Source of the DNA: a virus | Lineage: Duplodnaviria; Caudoviricetes | Direction: 5' to 3' (one strand) | DNA length: 44,827 bases | IMG/VR virus record: IMGVR_UViG_3300032233_002597 | Span: 1-44,827 of that record | Shown: positions 33,681 to 42,792 of the stretch, in pieces | Layout: each line of letters begins with the position of its first letter | Numbering within the stretch: position 1 is the first letter of the stretch | Position numbers and translations under genes: made by a program | Notes under the pieces: generated by a model | The model's input: the letters and a program-made list of their open reading frames with translations, nothing else | Databases searched by the model: none | What the model was told of the DNA's origin: nothing

Positions 33681-34648
33681 ACTTTTTTCCATTCGTTGAG
33701 TTTGATCTTTGCTTCTAAGCCTTTATATGTATTTAATTTTAACACATCCATAACAGAAAGTCCAGCGAGCACCATATCATTGATATCCTTTTGCTGAATT
33801 GCCTTCGGCCAAATTACAATTTTTTCTCCATTACTGATGCATTTTTCGTATCTGCGAACGATTTCTTTGTTGCGGGGCTCGTTGTCGTAAATAAATGTGC
33901 GATTAGGGAAGTGTAAGCAGTCAAGTATAATATCAGCACCACACATTGCCAACGAATTGGGTATAAATTCTGAATCAAATGGTCCTTCAGTAACATAAAC
34001 TTCTTCATTTTCATTTACCATATCCAAACCATAAATTTTTGGTTGTTCCTCATCTAACATGATGGTAATATATTTAACCTTGCTAGGAAGAAGAGATCTT
34101 CCCTGAAAAGCAAACATACTCCCATCCTTTTTCCGAAGAGGAATAATAATTCTTGGTTCATCATTTGTGATATTAGGAAATGTCTCAATTTGACTATTAG
34201 TCCATTCCTTAAATTTTTCAGCATAAAAAAACCTATCAGGATCTAATTTACGATCCCTTAGATACTTTTTTGAGAGTTCATTCTCCGATGCTTTTGGAAG
34301 ATCAATTTTCTTTACAAATACTGGTGCTTTGAATTCAAACTTTGGTTCTTCAACTACAAAGTTCTTACCAGTAAAACCATCCTTAAACTTTTCAAGAGTA
34401 TATTGTTTATGAAGAGTTGTATCTAATTTCTTGATAAAGTTATTAAACGATAAACTAGCTCCACAATTATGGCACTTGAAGTTGGTATTATTCTTCAAGG
34501 CATAAAGATAGCCACGTGTCTTATTTTTATTCTTTTGGGAATCCCCACAAATCGGACATCTAAAATTATAAAGTCCAGTTTTTACTTGTTTAAATTTTTC
34601 AAGCCTTGATGATAAAAGTCCAATATACTTGGCGTCAATTAGATCCAT
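33677..34648 (-). CDS. gp61: DNA primase (T4 gp61)
   Basis: NFRCPICGDS, CHNCG, FQGR, TEGPFDS, YDNEPRN, KDINDM. Confidence 0.96.
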   Translation of the reverse strand: MDLIDAKYIGLLSSRLEKFKQVKTGLYNFRCPICGDSQKNKNKTRGYLYALKNNTNFKCHNCGASLSFNNFIKKLDTTLHKQYTLEKFKDGFTGKNFVVEEPKFEFKAPVFVKKIDLPKASENELSKKYLRDRKLDPDRFFYAEKFKEWTNSQIETFPNITNDEPRIIIPLRKKDGSMFAFQGRSLLPSKVKYITIMLDEEQPKIYGLDMVNENEEVYVTEGPFDSEFIPNSLAMCGADIILDCLHFPNRTFIYDNEPRNKEIVRRYEKCISNGEKIVIWPKAIQQKDINDMVLAGLSVMDVLKLNTYKGLEAKIKLNEWKKV

Positions 34649-35060
34649 TCTGCGGAGCAACCATGGTATGCTCCATTTTAACCTGAGGATTGTTCTGTGT
34701 CAAGGCATTATCCAAAAAACTTCCAAAAAAACTTGAGGCGGTGGCAAGGAGGACTCCCATTCCCACAACCATCCATTTAAATTTTTTAACGTCTTCTACT
34801 TTAGCCTCAAGATTTTCAATTCTTTCACTAGTTCTTTCATAATGTTTTTCATTATCTTTCTTACGCTCTTCAACAAGCTTAAACAAAACATCATTAGTTT
34901 TTATTGTCTGCTCAATTCTTTCGTCATGCACTGCCAACATTTTAACTACATTTGAACTTACTTCACTTAACTTATCAATAGCATCGTCTAAACGATTTAC
35001 AATATTAGAAAATTCGGTAAATTTTTGTTCCAGTACCGCCAATTTTACTTCGTCTGCCAT
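34635..35060 (-). CDS. Coiled-coil protein with C-terminal TM segment
   Basis: KMLAVHDERI motif; KWMVVGMGVLLA. Confidence 0.75.
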   Translation of the reverse strand: MADEVKLAVLEQKFTEFSNIVNRLDDAIDKLSEVSSNVVKMLAVHDERIEQTIKTNDVLFKLVEERKKDNEKHYERTSERIENLEAKVEDVKKFKWMVVGMGVLLATASSFFGSFLDNALTQNNPQVKMEHTMVAPQNGSN

Positions 35061-35100
35061 TGGTTTGGTGGGGTAGTGGTGCAGATTTGATAATCTTTAA

Positions 35101-35316
35101 CTATTTAGATTTTTTCAAATAATCTAACCAAGTTTTACGAGAATTTACTCCACCCGTCGCATATTTTTTTCTCATCATTTTATTCATTACTGGATCAAAT
35201 CCTGCGGCAGGTCCTTTTGAGTCGGCAGATCCACTAAATCCTCCACTAGTGCCTGGAGCATTAGCAACCTCTTCTCTAAGGTTACGAATAATTGAAATAA
35301 TTTTATCTATATCCAT
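35101..35316 (-). CDS. Conserved T4-like hypothetical protein (71 aa)
   Basis: IRNLREE...GFSGSADSKGPAAGFDP; TAATG coupling. Confidence 0.72.
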   Translation of the reverse strand: MDIDKIISIIRNLREEVANAPGTSGGFSGSADSKGPAAGFDPVMNKMMRKKYATGGVNSRKTWLDYLKKSK

Positions 35317-35687
35317 TAGATTAATTCCAACATAGAAAGACACTTATCATCTTGTCCAATGCTATTAATTTCAGTTTTTGGATATTCTGGAAGACGATTC
35401 AAGAATACCAAAAAACTTTTAATCACTGGCCAAAGATCTCTATCCAAGTTATAAAATAACAAAGGAACTGCAGCATCATTAAAGACATTAAAAAGAATGG
35501 TAAGGTGATTTAATACCAAATGAGTTTTAAGAACTCCGGTATTCTTATACCTTTTTAACAATCTTTTGATGTATTTAATTCTTTTCAAATCATCCTCAAA
35601 ATCTTCTTTCGTAAGAGCTTGAGGATTATCGTAGAATTTTATAGCAAATAACATGTAGTTATTTTCGTTCAACTCATCAAATCTCAT
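35316..35687 (-). CDS. Conserved T4-like hypothetical protein (123 aa)
   Basis: FAIKFYDNPQ...DLKRIKYIKRLLKRY...LNHLTILFNVF. Confidence 0.85.
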   Translation of the reverse strand: MRFDELNENNYMLFAIKFYDNPQALTKEDFEDDLKRIKYIKRLLKRYKNTGVLKTHLVLNHLTILFNVFNDAAVPLLFYNLDRDLWPVIKSFLVFLNRLPEYPKTEINSIGQDDKCLSMLELI

Positions 35688-35695
35688 GTGATGCT

Positions 35696-36724
35696 TTATC
35701 TAGCTGTTAATGTAGATGTACCAATACCAACTGAACCAGTGGTTCCTGCACCACCAACATTACGGAGAAGAACATCTCCAAATTGTGAAGTGAATGAACT
35801 GATTACTCCAACACCATTTGAACCATCGGTAATCACACCGACAAATCCACGTGAGAGATCAATTTTTAATTTTGTACCATTAGTTCTTGTGCTGTATGTA
35901 ACAAGAAGTCCTTGCGTAATTGTCGATGCAATTGTACTTGCTGATCCAATTTGAACAGTGGTAGTTCCAACAGCAACAATAGGAACGTTTGTAAGTTTGC
36001 CTGCTACGGTAAGGGAACTTCCAACAGAAACACCTGCTACCGAGTCAACAAAGATATTAGTTCCACCAATCGCAACAGTTTGTCCTGTTGTGGTTAATGT
36101 TGTTGAGATTGCAACTTGTGCAGTCAGAACTGAACTTGGAGCAGTAAAGCCAAATGCTACTCTATTTGTAATTTGCCCGTTGAAATTTGTATATACATTT
36201 GGAGAACCGTGGGTAGCTGCTGCTCCTGCCCAAGCATATTGAGTACTACCATTTGATGCAGCATATCCAACAATTGGAGTTGATTCGTTAGCATCATTTG
36301 CATCAAATGTACGAATAAGAACGGTTGATCCAGCACCAGCAAAAACAAGCTCATTGAATACTACATGAACATATGCAGTTGTTCCAGCAGCAACAAAGTT
36401 TGTTCCACCACCACCAACAGAAATTGGCGAAGCTAAGTTAGGATCTTCGAAGAAAACTGCAACTGGACCAGCAGTTCCAATACCAGTGGTTCCGCCAGTA
36501 GCACCAGTGCTATTTAATCCAACAACTGGAACTAAAACTTCGTCAAAATAACGAGTAGAAATTCCAGAATTTACTGTAGTTTTATATCTTCTCTGAATCC
36601 AACCACGAACATCCGCAAAAGTATTCCAAGGACTTCTGTTACGATCGGTCTCAGATTGGAATTTTGGAATTGCGTAATTGTTTGCCGCTGTCTCAGATGC
36701 TGTTGAAATGCCCCAGAGAGCCAT
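35696..36724 (-). CDS. Putative virion structural protein (MALWG N-terminus)
   Basis: Gly/Thr/Val-rich; late promoter TATAAATA at 36754-36761. Confidence 0.75.
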   Translation of the reverse strand: MALWGISTASETAANNYAIPKFQSETDRNRSPWNTFADVRGWIQRRYKTTVNSGISTRYFDEVLVPVVGLNSTGATGGTTGIGTAGPVAVFFEDPNLASPISVGGGGTNFVAAGTTAYVHVVFNELVFAGAGSTVLIRTFDANDANESTPIVGYAASNGSTQYAWAGAAATHGSPNVYTNFNGQITNRVAFGFTAPSSVLTAQVAISTTLTTTGQTVAIGGTNIFVDSVAGVSVGSSLTVAGKLTNVPIVAVGTTTVQIGSASTIASTITQGLLVTYSTRTNGTKLKIDLSRGFVGVITDGSNGVGVISSFTSQFGDVLLRNVGGAGTTGSVGIGTSTLTAR

Positions 36725-36753
36725 GTGCGTTACCTATGATTCTTTTCTATTGA

Positions 36754-36790
36754 TATTTATAAAAAAAGGAGATCCAGTTTTTGAATCTCC
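36754..36790 (-). terminator. Terminator fused to a late promoter
   Basis: GGAGAT-N11-ATCTCC-TTTTTT running into TATAAATA. Confidence 0.75.
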
Positions 36791-36815
36791 TTTATATTTT
36801 TTTAGAGTTAAAAAC

Positions 36816-37001
36816 TCAGGGAGTTAAATCTTTAGCACCCTTTGCTTTCAATTGTCCTTGGACTTGCAGAATAATGAGTGAAAGTAAACCGTTTGCTTTG
36901 ATTCTTGGGCTTGCTCCAAGTGTTTCAGAAATTGCAAATAATACAGTTGCGATAAGTGCTTGGTTAGCAGATGCCCAAGCTAAAAGTGCTGCTAATGACA
37001 T
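36816..37001 (-). CDS. Small membrane protein (61 aa)
   Basis: Two hydrophobic segments; SD GAGG; ATAAATA at 37029-37035. Confidence 0.75.
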   Translation of the reverse strand: MSLAALLAWASANQALIATVLFAISETLGASPRIKANGLLSLIILQVQGQLKAKGAKDLTP

Positions 37002-37034
37002 AATAGCCTCGTGTGAAGGATCCTATCTTATTTA

Positions 37035-38510
37035 TCAATCTAACTTATATTGAGGATCATCCCATCCAGAATGTGTTGGTTTTTTATTAACTTTTTTTGG
37101 TTTTGGTTCCAATGCTCTCTTTTCTTGATCTCTTTTGTATGCTGCAGAGCCTACAATTGCTTTAGCACCATGCTTCTTTACAATATTTTTTTTTACTTCA
37201 GCCATAGCATCATCATTAGATGATTCACCAACAACCATTACATTTTTAAGTCCCATAGAACGCAAAGTATTTTTTACTTTTTGATCCTTACCATATTTTC
37301 CTCTTGGATCATCTTTATTAATTTTTTTTACATCATCAGTTTCGTAAGTATCCATTTTATCAAATGATCCTTCTTTAGAATCCTTTTTGATTGCAATTAC
37401 GGGCATTCCCATTTCATCAAGTTGAACTTCTTCTTTAGCAACATGTGCAGGAAGTCCTTTATGCTCTGTAGAAGCAAACTTTTTTGCTTCCTTTGAACTC
37501 ATTCCAGATGCTGCTTTTGCAACTTCAGGACTTGCTGGTTTTGCTCCTTTTTTAGCAGCATAAACCATTCCCATAAATTTCTGTTGAGCAGTACTTACTG
37601 ACTTTTCAGAAATAAACTCTTCATTTTGCATTCCACCTGCAGGTTCAATTGTAGGATATAAGGTAACTACTGCTTTTCCTTTTCTTCCCCTTTTTACATA
37701 ATTATTAGTTCCTTCCCCAGTAATTTCTACTTCATTCTGATCTACTGTAGGGGCAGTTTTTTCAAGAATATTATATTCTTCCTTGTTTATTGCCTTACCA
37801 CGAACATCTCTACGATGAAGAAGATACTTATCTGTCTTGGTATTCTTCTTACCATCATTATTAATATCAGAATCTTCTTTACCGACTGGATCTAATCCTT
37901 TACCAGCCTTTGCTCTTGCAGTTTGCTCACCTTTATTTTTTTCACCTTCGTATGGCTCACCATATCCAGTCATCTCTACTGATTCAATATTTGGATTTGC
38001 TCTCAGTTCATTAATTTTTGAACGAGTAGCATATCTTACATAAGATTTGCCAGAATTTTTATCAGTAACTCTTATTTTATATTTCCCTACACCCGCTTGA
38101 CTATCAACTCTTCCAATTTCTTTTTTTACATAACCTTTTTTAAGTTCTTCAAGATATTCTTCATCAATTGTGGTTTCTTTTTTTTCAACAAATACTTTAA
38201 ACATTGCGGTTGCAACATTATCAGCAACCATTTCATTAATTACATACTCTTCGCTGAGTTTTGATTTTACTGCTGCTCTTTCGGCACCACTCATAGAAGT
38301 GTTCTGCATATATTGCGAAAATGCCTGCATTACAGGAATCTCTTCTCTTCTTGCTCTATAACGAATATCATATACTGCCTGACGAATTCTTTTTTCTCCG
38401 CCACCAGCATCATTACCACCACCTTTTTCTTCCTTACCTTTTTCTGCTCTTGGAGCTGCGGCTGGGATATCCTTTCTTGAAGGAAGATCTTCAAAAATTC
38501 GAGTACTCAT
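37035..38510 (-). CDS. Late charged protein, probable internal head protein (DUF3008-like motif)
   Basis: IRQAVYDIRYRARRE; SVSTAQQKFMGMVYAAKKG...FASTEHKGLP; ATAAATA at 38543-38549. Confidence 0.75.
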   Translation of the reverse strand: MSTRIFEDLPSRKDIPAAAPRAEKGKEEKGGGNDAGGGEKRIRQAVYDIRYRARREEIPVMQAFSQYMQNTSMSGAERAAVKSKLSEEYVINEMVADNVATAMFKVFVEKKETTIDEEYLEELKKGYVKKEIGRVDSQAGVGKYKIRVTDKNSGKSYVRYATRSKINELRANPNIESVEMTGYGEPYEGEKNKGEQTARAKAGKGLDPVGKEDSDINNDGKKNTKTDKYLLHRRDVRGKAINKEEYNILEKTAPTVDQNEVEITGEGTNNYVKRGRKGKAVVTLYPTIEPAGGMQNEEFISEKSVSTAQQKFMGMVYAAKKGAKPASPEVAKAASGMSSKEAKKFASTEHKGLPAHVAKEEVQLDEMGMPVIAIKKDSKEGSFDKMDTYETDDVKKINKDDPRGKYGKDQKVKNTLRSMGLKNVMVVGESSNDDAMAEVKKNIVKKHGAKAIVGSAAYKRDQEKRALEPKPKKVNKKPTHSGWDDPQYKLD

Positions 38511-38525
38511 TTTAGATTCTAACGC

Positions 38526-39134
38526 TTACTTTTTTCTATACTTATTTATGAAATCAATACCGTAAGCTTTTCCATTCTTTTGCAAGTTTTCTTTTCCAGT
38601 TCCAAGTGCTCCTGGAGTCATTTTTGCAACATAATCAAAATACCCTTTCGTGCCAACTAATGTGTTTGGTTTTCCAGGTTCTCTCATTGGACTGTCCATT
38701 TTAACTTCAGTATATTCTCTGACATCTTTAATCCAAGATTTAAACATCTCCTCATCTTCAGTAACACAAATCAAATGATTTGCACCTCTTCTTATAATTG
38801 TTCCAATCATTCCATTTACAATACTTTCAACAATATCACCTTCTTTAAATATTTCTCCAGCAATATATTTTTCCCTCAATTCACTCTCAGCAATTGGAGG
38901 AGCATTTATTGCTGTTGGTGCCGATAAAAGTTTTTCTTTTGGAGTTTGTCCAGGATCTTTTCCTTGTATCTGTCTCTTATTATAAAAAACTAATTTTCCT
39001 TGTACATTTTTTGCTACAAATTCTCCAGATTTATCATGATATCCACCATGACCGTCCGTCTTCAATCCCATTCGGGTTGCTTGCTGAACAGCCTTGGAAA
39101 ATGTTGCTTCTAAGAAGTGTGAAAATGATTTCAT
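38526..39134 (-). CDS. Cyanophage cytidylyltransferase-like gene homologue lacking the catalytic domain
   Basis: Has GL..DGHGGY.D.SGEFVAK and LREKY...IIRRGANHLICVTED...FKSWIKD ends, but no GRFNPPTxGH core. Confidence 0.6.
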   Translation of the reverse strand: MKSFSHFLEATFSKAVQQATRMGLKTDGHGGYHDKSGEFVAKNVQGKLVFYNKRQIQGKDPGQTPKEKLLSAPTAINAPPIAESELREKYIAGEIFKEGDIVESIVNGMIGTIIRRGANHLICVTEDEEMFKSWIKDVREYTEVKMDSPMREPGKPNTLVGTKGYFDYVAKMTPGALGTGKENLQKNGKAYGIDFINKYRKK

Positions 39135-39385
39135 TATTGTGTATTTTTCTTTTTAAGAATTTCAGATGTTATTGCCTTTTCGTTCGCAATAAAGTATTGT
39201 AAAACAATTTTCCTAATCTTAATATATTTATTCTTTATTGGAACTTGTTTTATTAACTTAATCTTATCTTCAATTGTACAGTACACATAGGTAATAAATT
39301 CATTAAAGATATCCTTTGAGTTTCTTACTTTTTCAGGAAATTTAGAAACCAATTCTTCTATAAATTTTTTCATTTCTTTATCCAT
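39134..39385 (-). CDS. Hypothetical protein (83 aa)
   Basis: Translationally coupled on both sides (TAATG). Confidence 0.7.
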   Translation of the reverse strand: MDKEMKKFIEELVSKFPEKVRNSKDIFNEFITYVYCTIEDKIKLIKQVPIKNKYIKIRKIVLQYFIANEKAITSEILKKKNTQ

Positions 39386-40134
39386 TATCTTAAGGGGGGT
39401 AATATAATTGAAGATCCCAATTCTTTTTTTGGTTTTGCTTGAACTCTTAATCCAGGAAATCTATACATATTTCTAATTTCTTTTCTACTAGTAATTTGAA
39501 AGTATGGATAATAATCATCAGAAATTTCATTTTCAGTTTGAATAATATTATCAACATTTATAGTTAAAGTTCCATTTGCATCAGGAATACTGCTGTCGTT
39601 CACAAAATTATGACTAATAATTGCACCCATTCCTAATATATCACTACCAAAAACTACATAATTAGTATCTTGAGTGCTACATTTATATGCAATATTAACT
39701 ATTATGTTGGTGTTTTTTCTAACTATTGAATACCTTACTTTATTATTTAAAGAAGAATCTTTAATAGCTTGTACAACAAATTCTCTTTTAGTGTCTATAT
39801 TATCCACATCTTCCAATAAATATACCAATATTTTTTCCGCCACAACGTCTCCAATTAAAGTATCAGCAGATTCCCAAGAGTCAAATTTTGGCAGTTTTAA
39901 AGAAATATTAAATTTTTTGTTGCCTCCATAGATAATTTTAAAATCAGTTTTTTCATTTTTTTTATTTGCTCCACCCACAAAATCTATCTTTGTTACGTTA
40001 TCTAATACAATTTGTTTTGTTCCAGATTTAAATATAATTCTATTAATTCCATGTTTATAAAATTTAAATTTATTATATGCAGCCTGCTCATTTCCACTGG
40101 GATCTTTAATAGAAAAAGATTGTATTACTTGCAT
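39385..40134 (-). CDS. Hypothetical protein, possible PD-(D/E)xK-type nuclease
   Basis: KTDFKI...NISLK motif; very AT-rich. Confidence 0.55.
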   Translation of the reverse strand: MQVIQSFSIKDPSGNEQAAYNKFKFYKHGINRIIFKSGTKQIVLDNVTKIDFVGGANKKNEKTDFKIIYGGNKKFNISLKLPKFDSWESADTLIGDVVAEKILVYLLEDVDNIDTKREFVVQAIKDSSLNNKVRYSIVRKNTNIIVNIAYKCSTQDTNYVVFGSDILGMGAIISHNFVNDSSIPDANGTLTINVDNIIQTENEISDDYYPYFQITSRKEIRNMYRFPGLRVQAKPKKELGSSIILPPLR

Positions 40135-40176
40135 TTATCACAACTACTATCTTATATTAGATATTTAGTTTTCAAA

Positions 40177-40249
40177 TGGAGAATAGGGGACTCGAACCCC
40201 TCACCCCTGCCGTGCAAAGGCAGTGCTCTACCAAATGAGCTAATTCCCC
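40177..40249 (-). tRNA. trnA: tRNA-Ala(TGC)
   Basis: CTGCC-TT-TGC-AC-GGCAG; G3:U70 identity pair; A73. Confidence 0.97.
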
Positions 40250-40272
40250 AAGAACCCCGAAGGGTTGTTTAT

Positions 40273-40449
40273 TTATTCTACTGCTGCACCAATCTTCTCA
40301 TCAAGATCAGTAATTACAGTACGAATATCAGTAATACGAGGAGGGACAGAACCCTCATCATAGGTGTATCCTTTTTGTGCATCAAACAGAATTTGACGAA
40401 TTGCTGCTGCGGCACGAACATCAATTTTTATAGTTACATTTTTGCTCAC
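40273..40449 (-). CDS. Small conserved hypothetical protein (58 aa, MSKNVTIKIDVRAAAAIRQILFDAQKGYTY...)
   Basis: Hand-translated; GTGA overlap with the mazG stop. Confidence 0.75.
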   Translation of the reverse strand: MSKNVTIKIDVRAAAAIRQILFDAQKGYTYDEGSVPPRITDIRTVITDLDEKIGAAVE

Positions 40450-40853
40450 AGATCTCCCTCCACACGATTTTCAGAACGATAAACATCAAAAGCACCTTCT
40501 GGATAACGAGCACTCAGTTTTTCATAGTTCATTTCAAGAACTTGCTCAAAACTAATATCCAGAGCCATACATGCTTGTGCAAGATACCAGCACAGATCTC
40601 CAAGTTCACGCTTCATATGAAAGATATTCTCTTCAGTATAAGGTTTGCCTTGAAGAAAAATCTTTTTGACTACTTCGGTAAATTCACCTGCTTCGGCACT
40701 CATACCAAATGCAGCAGTCATCAGGCGAGAAACATCTGCACCTTGTCCTTCCAGTTCATTCAAACGTTCGACCAGTTTCGGATATTCGCTACTTGCTGGA
40801 CTAGTGGTTTGACGAACAAATTCAATATACTTATTAGGTTCAATAGTTGCCAT
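40446..40853 (-). CDS. mazG: MazG-like nucleoside triphosphate pyrophosphohydrolase
   Basis: GMSAEAGEFTEVVKK, RELGDLCWY, NYEKLSARYP. Confidence 0.95.
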   Translation of the reverse strand: MATIEPNKYIEFVRQTTSPASSEYPKLVERLNELEGQGADVSRLMTAAFGMSAEAGEFTEVVKKIFLQGKPYTEENIFHMKRELGDLCWYLAQACMALDISFEQVLEMNYEKLSARYPEGAFDVYRSENRVEGDL

Positions 40854-40855
40854 AT

Positions 40856-42235
40856 TTAAAACTTAAATCCCTCAAATTTTTTAGTAAGTGGTTTATCTTC
40901 TTCATAATTATACTCCTCTTCTTTTCCTTTGTCAAGAATATCTTCTTGAGCTTTTTGTTCACAATCATAAAGCCTCATCTTGGCACGATCAATACCAATA
41001 ATAAAACGCTTGTGTATTGTTGGATCATTATAACGATTTTTAAGTTGCTTCACCATAAGTTGTCCCAAACCTTCCAGTTCTTCCGTGCTAATCAAAGCAA
41101 ACATAAGATCTGCTGTAGCAGGCAAACCAAAAGATTCTGAAGTATCAGTCAGTTCTACATCCGAGTTACCATAACCACTACGAGTAGTTTGAGTAGCACT
41201 TACAATTGGAACATTAAATTCTACTGCCAATCCCCTAAGTTCTTCTGCAATTGATTTGATATATGAATAAGAATTTGCAGAACCATTTGCTTTATGCCTA
41301 GAGGAAGCACAGATATTGAGATAATCAATAAAGATAATATCTGGACGAAATGACTTCTTCAAAGCAAGCTCAGTTAGAAGTGCTTTGAAGTGTCCGGAAT
41401 GTGCAGAAGCAGTAGGGTACTCTTTAATAATCAGAGTTCCCTGTGTCTTTTTGGCGATGCTCGTTACCTTATTTTCAAACATTGCACGAGGAAGATCAGT
41501 CAATTGCTGAATTGGAACATTCAATAAGTTTGCATCAATTCGCTCAGCAATTTTTTCTTCTGCCATTTCAAGCGTAATGTACAATACGTTCCGTCCTTGG
41601 AGCAACACGGAGCTAGCTTGGTGGCACATGAATAGAGATTTCCCGACACCTGTACCAGCAAGTGCGATGTTGAGAGTCTTAGGAGGTAAACCACCTTTGG
41701 TAATCTTGTTAAAATATTCAAGATCAAACTCGATTTTTTCTTCCTTTTTGTGATAATACTCATAACGTTCAGAATAATTTGCTAGGTAGTCGTGTCCAAT
41801 ATTATTATCAAACGATACTGCAAGAGCATCAGAAAGAATACTTGGAATTGCATCACGATTCTTTTTCTCATCTTTGCCATCGGCAATATGAATTGATTCC
41901 ATGAGTGCTAAGTAAATAGCACGATCACGGCACCATTTTTCAGTAACATCCAGTAGCCAAGTTTTGTCTACTACAGTATCAGATAATGAATCATAAAGAG
42001 TCCTTAAGTCTTTAATTTCAGTTTCACTAAGATCTTTACGATCATCAATTTCAATTGAAAGAGCTTCTAGTGTAATTGATGATCCATACTTAACAATGAA
42101 TTTTGCAGTTTCTTCAAAAACTACCTTTTCTGCTCTTTCTTGAAAGTATTCTGGTTGTATAAATGGAATGACTTTTCTTGAATAGTCTTCATTATGAATT
42201 AAGTTTTTTAAAATTGTGACTTCAAGTCTTTCCAT
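40856..42235 (-). CDS. gp41: Replicative DNA helicase (T4 gp41)
   Basis: AGTGVGKS, ITLEM, IDYLNI, SATQTTR, SESFGLPATAD. Confidence 0.97.
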   Translation of the reverse strand: MERLEVTILKNLIHNEDYSRKVIPFIQPEYFQERAEKVVFEETAKFIVKYGSSITLEALSIEIDDRKDLSETEIKDLRTLYDSLSDTVVDKTWLLDVTEKWCRDRAIYLALMESIHIADGKDEKKNRDAIPSILSDALAVSFDNNIGHDYLANYSERYEYYHKKEEKIEFDLEYFNKITKGGLPPKTLNIALAGTGVGKSLFMCHQASSVLLQGRNVLYITLEMAEEKIAERIDANLLNVPIQQLTDLPRAMFENKVTSIAKKTQGTLIIKEYPTASAHSGHFKALLTELALKKSFRPDIIFIDYLNICASSRHKANGSANSYSYIKSIAEELRGLAVEFNVPIVSATQTTRSGYGNSDVELTDTSESFGLPATADLMFALISTEELEGLGQLMVKQLKNRYNDPTIHKRFIIGIDRAKMRLYDCEQKAQEDILDKGKEEEYNYEEDKPLTKKFEGFKF

Positions 42236-42792
42236 TACTTATAGTGTAAATAGGTGCTAATAATATACTTTGGTCCACTAATTACTGGTTCACCTTTATG
42301 AGGAAACATCCATAATGGTGGAAAAACAAGTAGTGTTCCATGTTTTGGTTCTATAGACATATCAGAAAATCTGGTATGTCCACCAACCTCAACATCATTC
42401 AGGTACCAAAAAAATGATAAGAATCTTCTTGCTGTTGCATGATCAATTACATCTACATGAGTATCAAATTGATCAGTTCCTCCCGGATTATACTTCTTAA
42501 TTCTAAATTGTTCAAATGCATGATCTTTTGGGAATACTCTAGAATCAATAAATTCATAATACTTATCCTTATATTCAAGTGTTTTTTTAATAAGATGATT
42601 ATGAACTCGTTCTATTTCTGGAGTAAGATTGCAATTTTCAGTCAAATTAAATTGAGTAAAATTTGGTTTTCCGTCATTATCATATCTTTCATGTTTATCG
42701 GGAACCTGTTCAAATAAATTAATTAAAAATTCGCAAATATTTGGTTCTAATGCATCATTATAAACCTGAACTAATTCATTAAGATTTACCAT
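42235..42792 (-). CDS. 2OG-Fe(II) oxygenase
   Basis: HVD (HxD), YLNDVEVGG.T, FPHKG, KY. Confidence 0.92.
   Translation of the reverse strand: MVNLNELVQVYNDALEPNICEFLINLFEQVPDKHERYDNDGKPNFTQFNLTENCNLTPEIERVHNHLIKKTLEYKDKYYEFIDSRVFPKDHAFEQFRIKKYNPGGTDQFDTHVDVIDHATARRFLSFFWYLNDVEVGGHTRFSDMSIEPKHGTLLVFPPLWMFPHKGEPVISGPKYIISTYLHYK

Noticed and set aside
40252-40267. Hairpin AACCC-TTCG-GGGTT before tRNA-Ala as a novel RNA
   Set aside because: Ordinary UUCG tetraloop hairpin, most simply a weak terminator or stabiliser after the mazG operon.
42235-42792. 2OG-Fe(II) oxygenase as the prolyl hydroxylase for the collagen fibre
   Set aside because: The collagen is almost Pro-free and the gene lies in the replication block, where such oxygenases are common in cyanophages.
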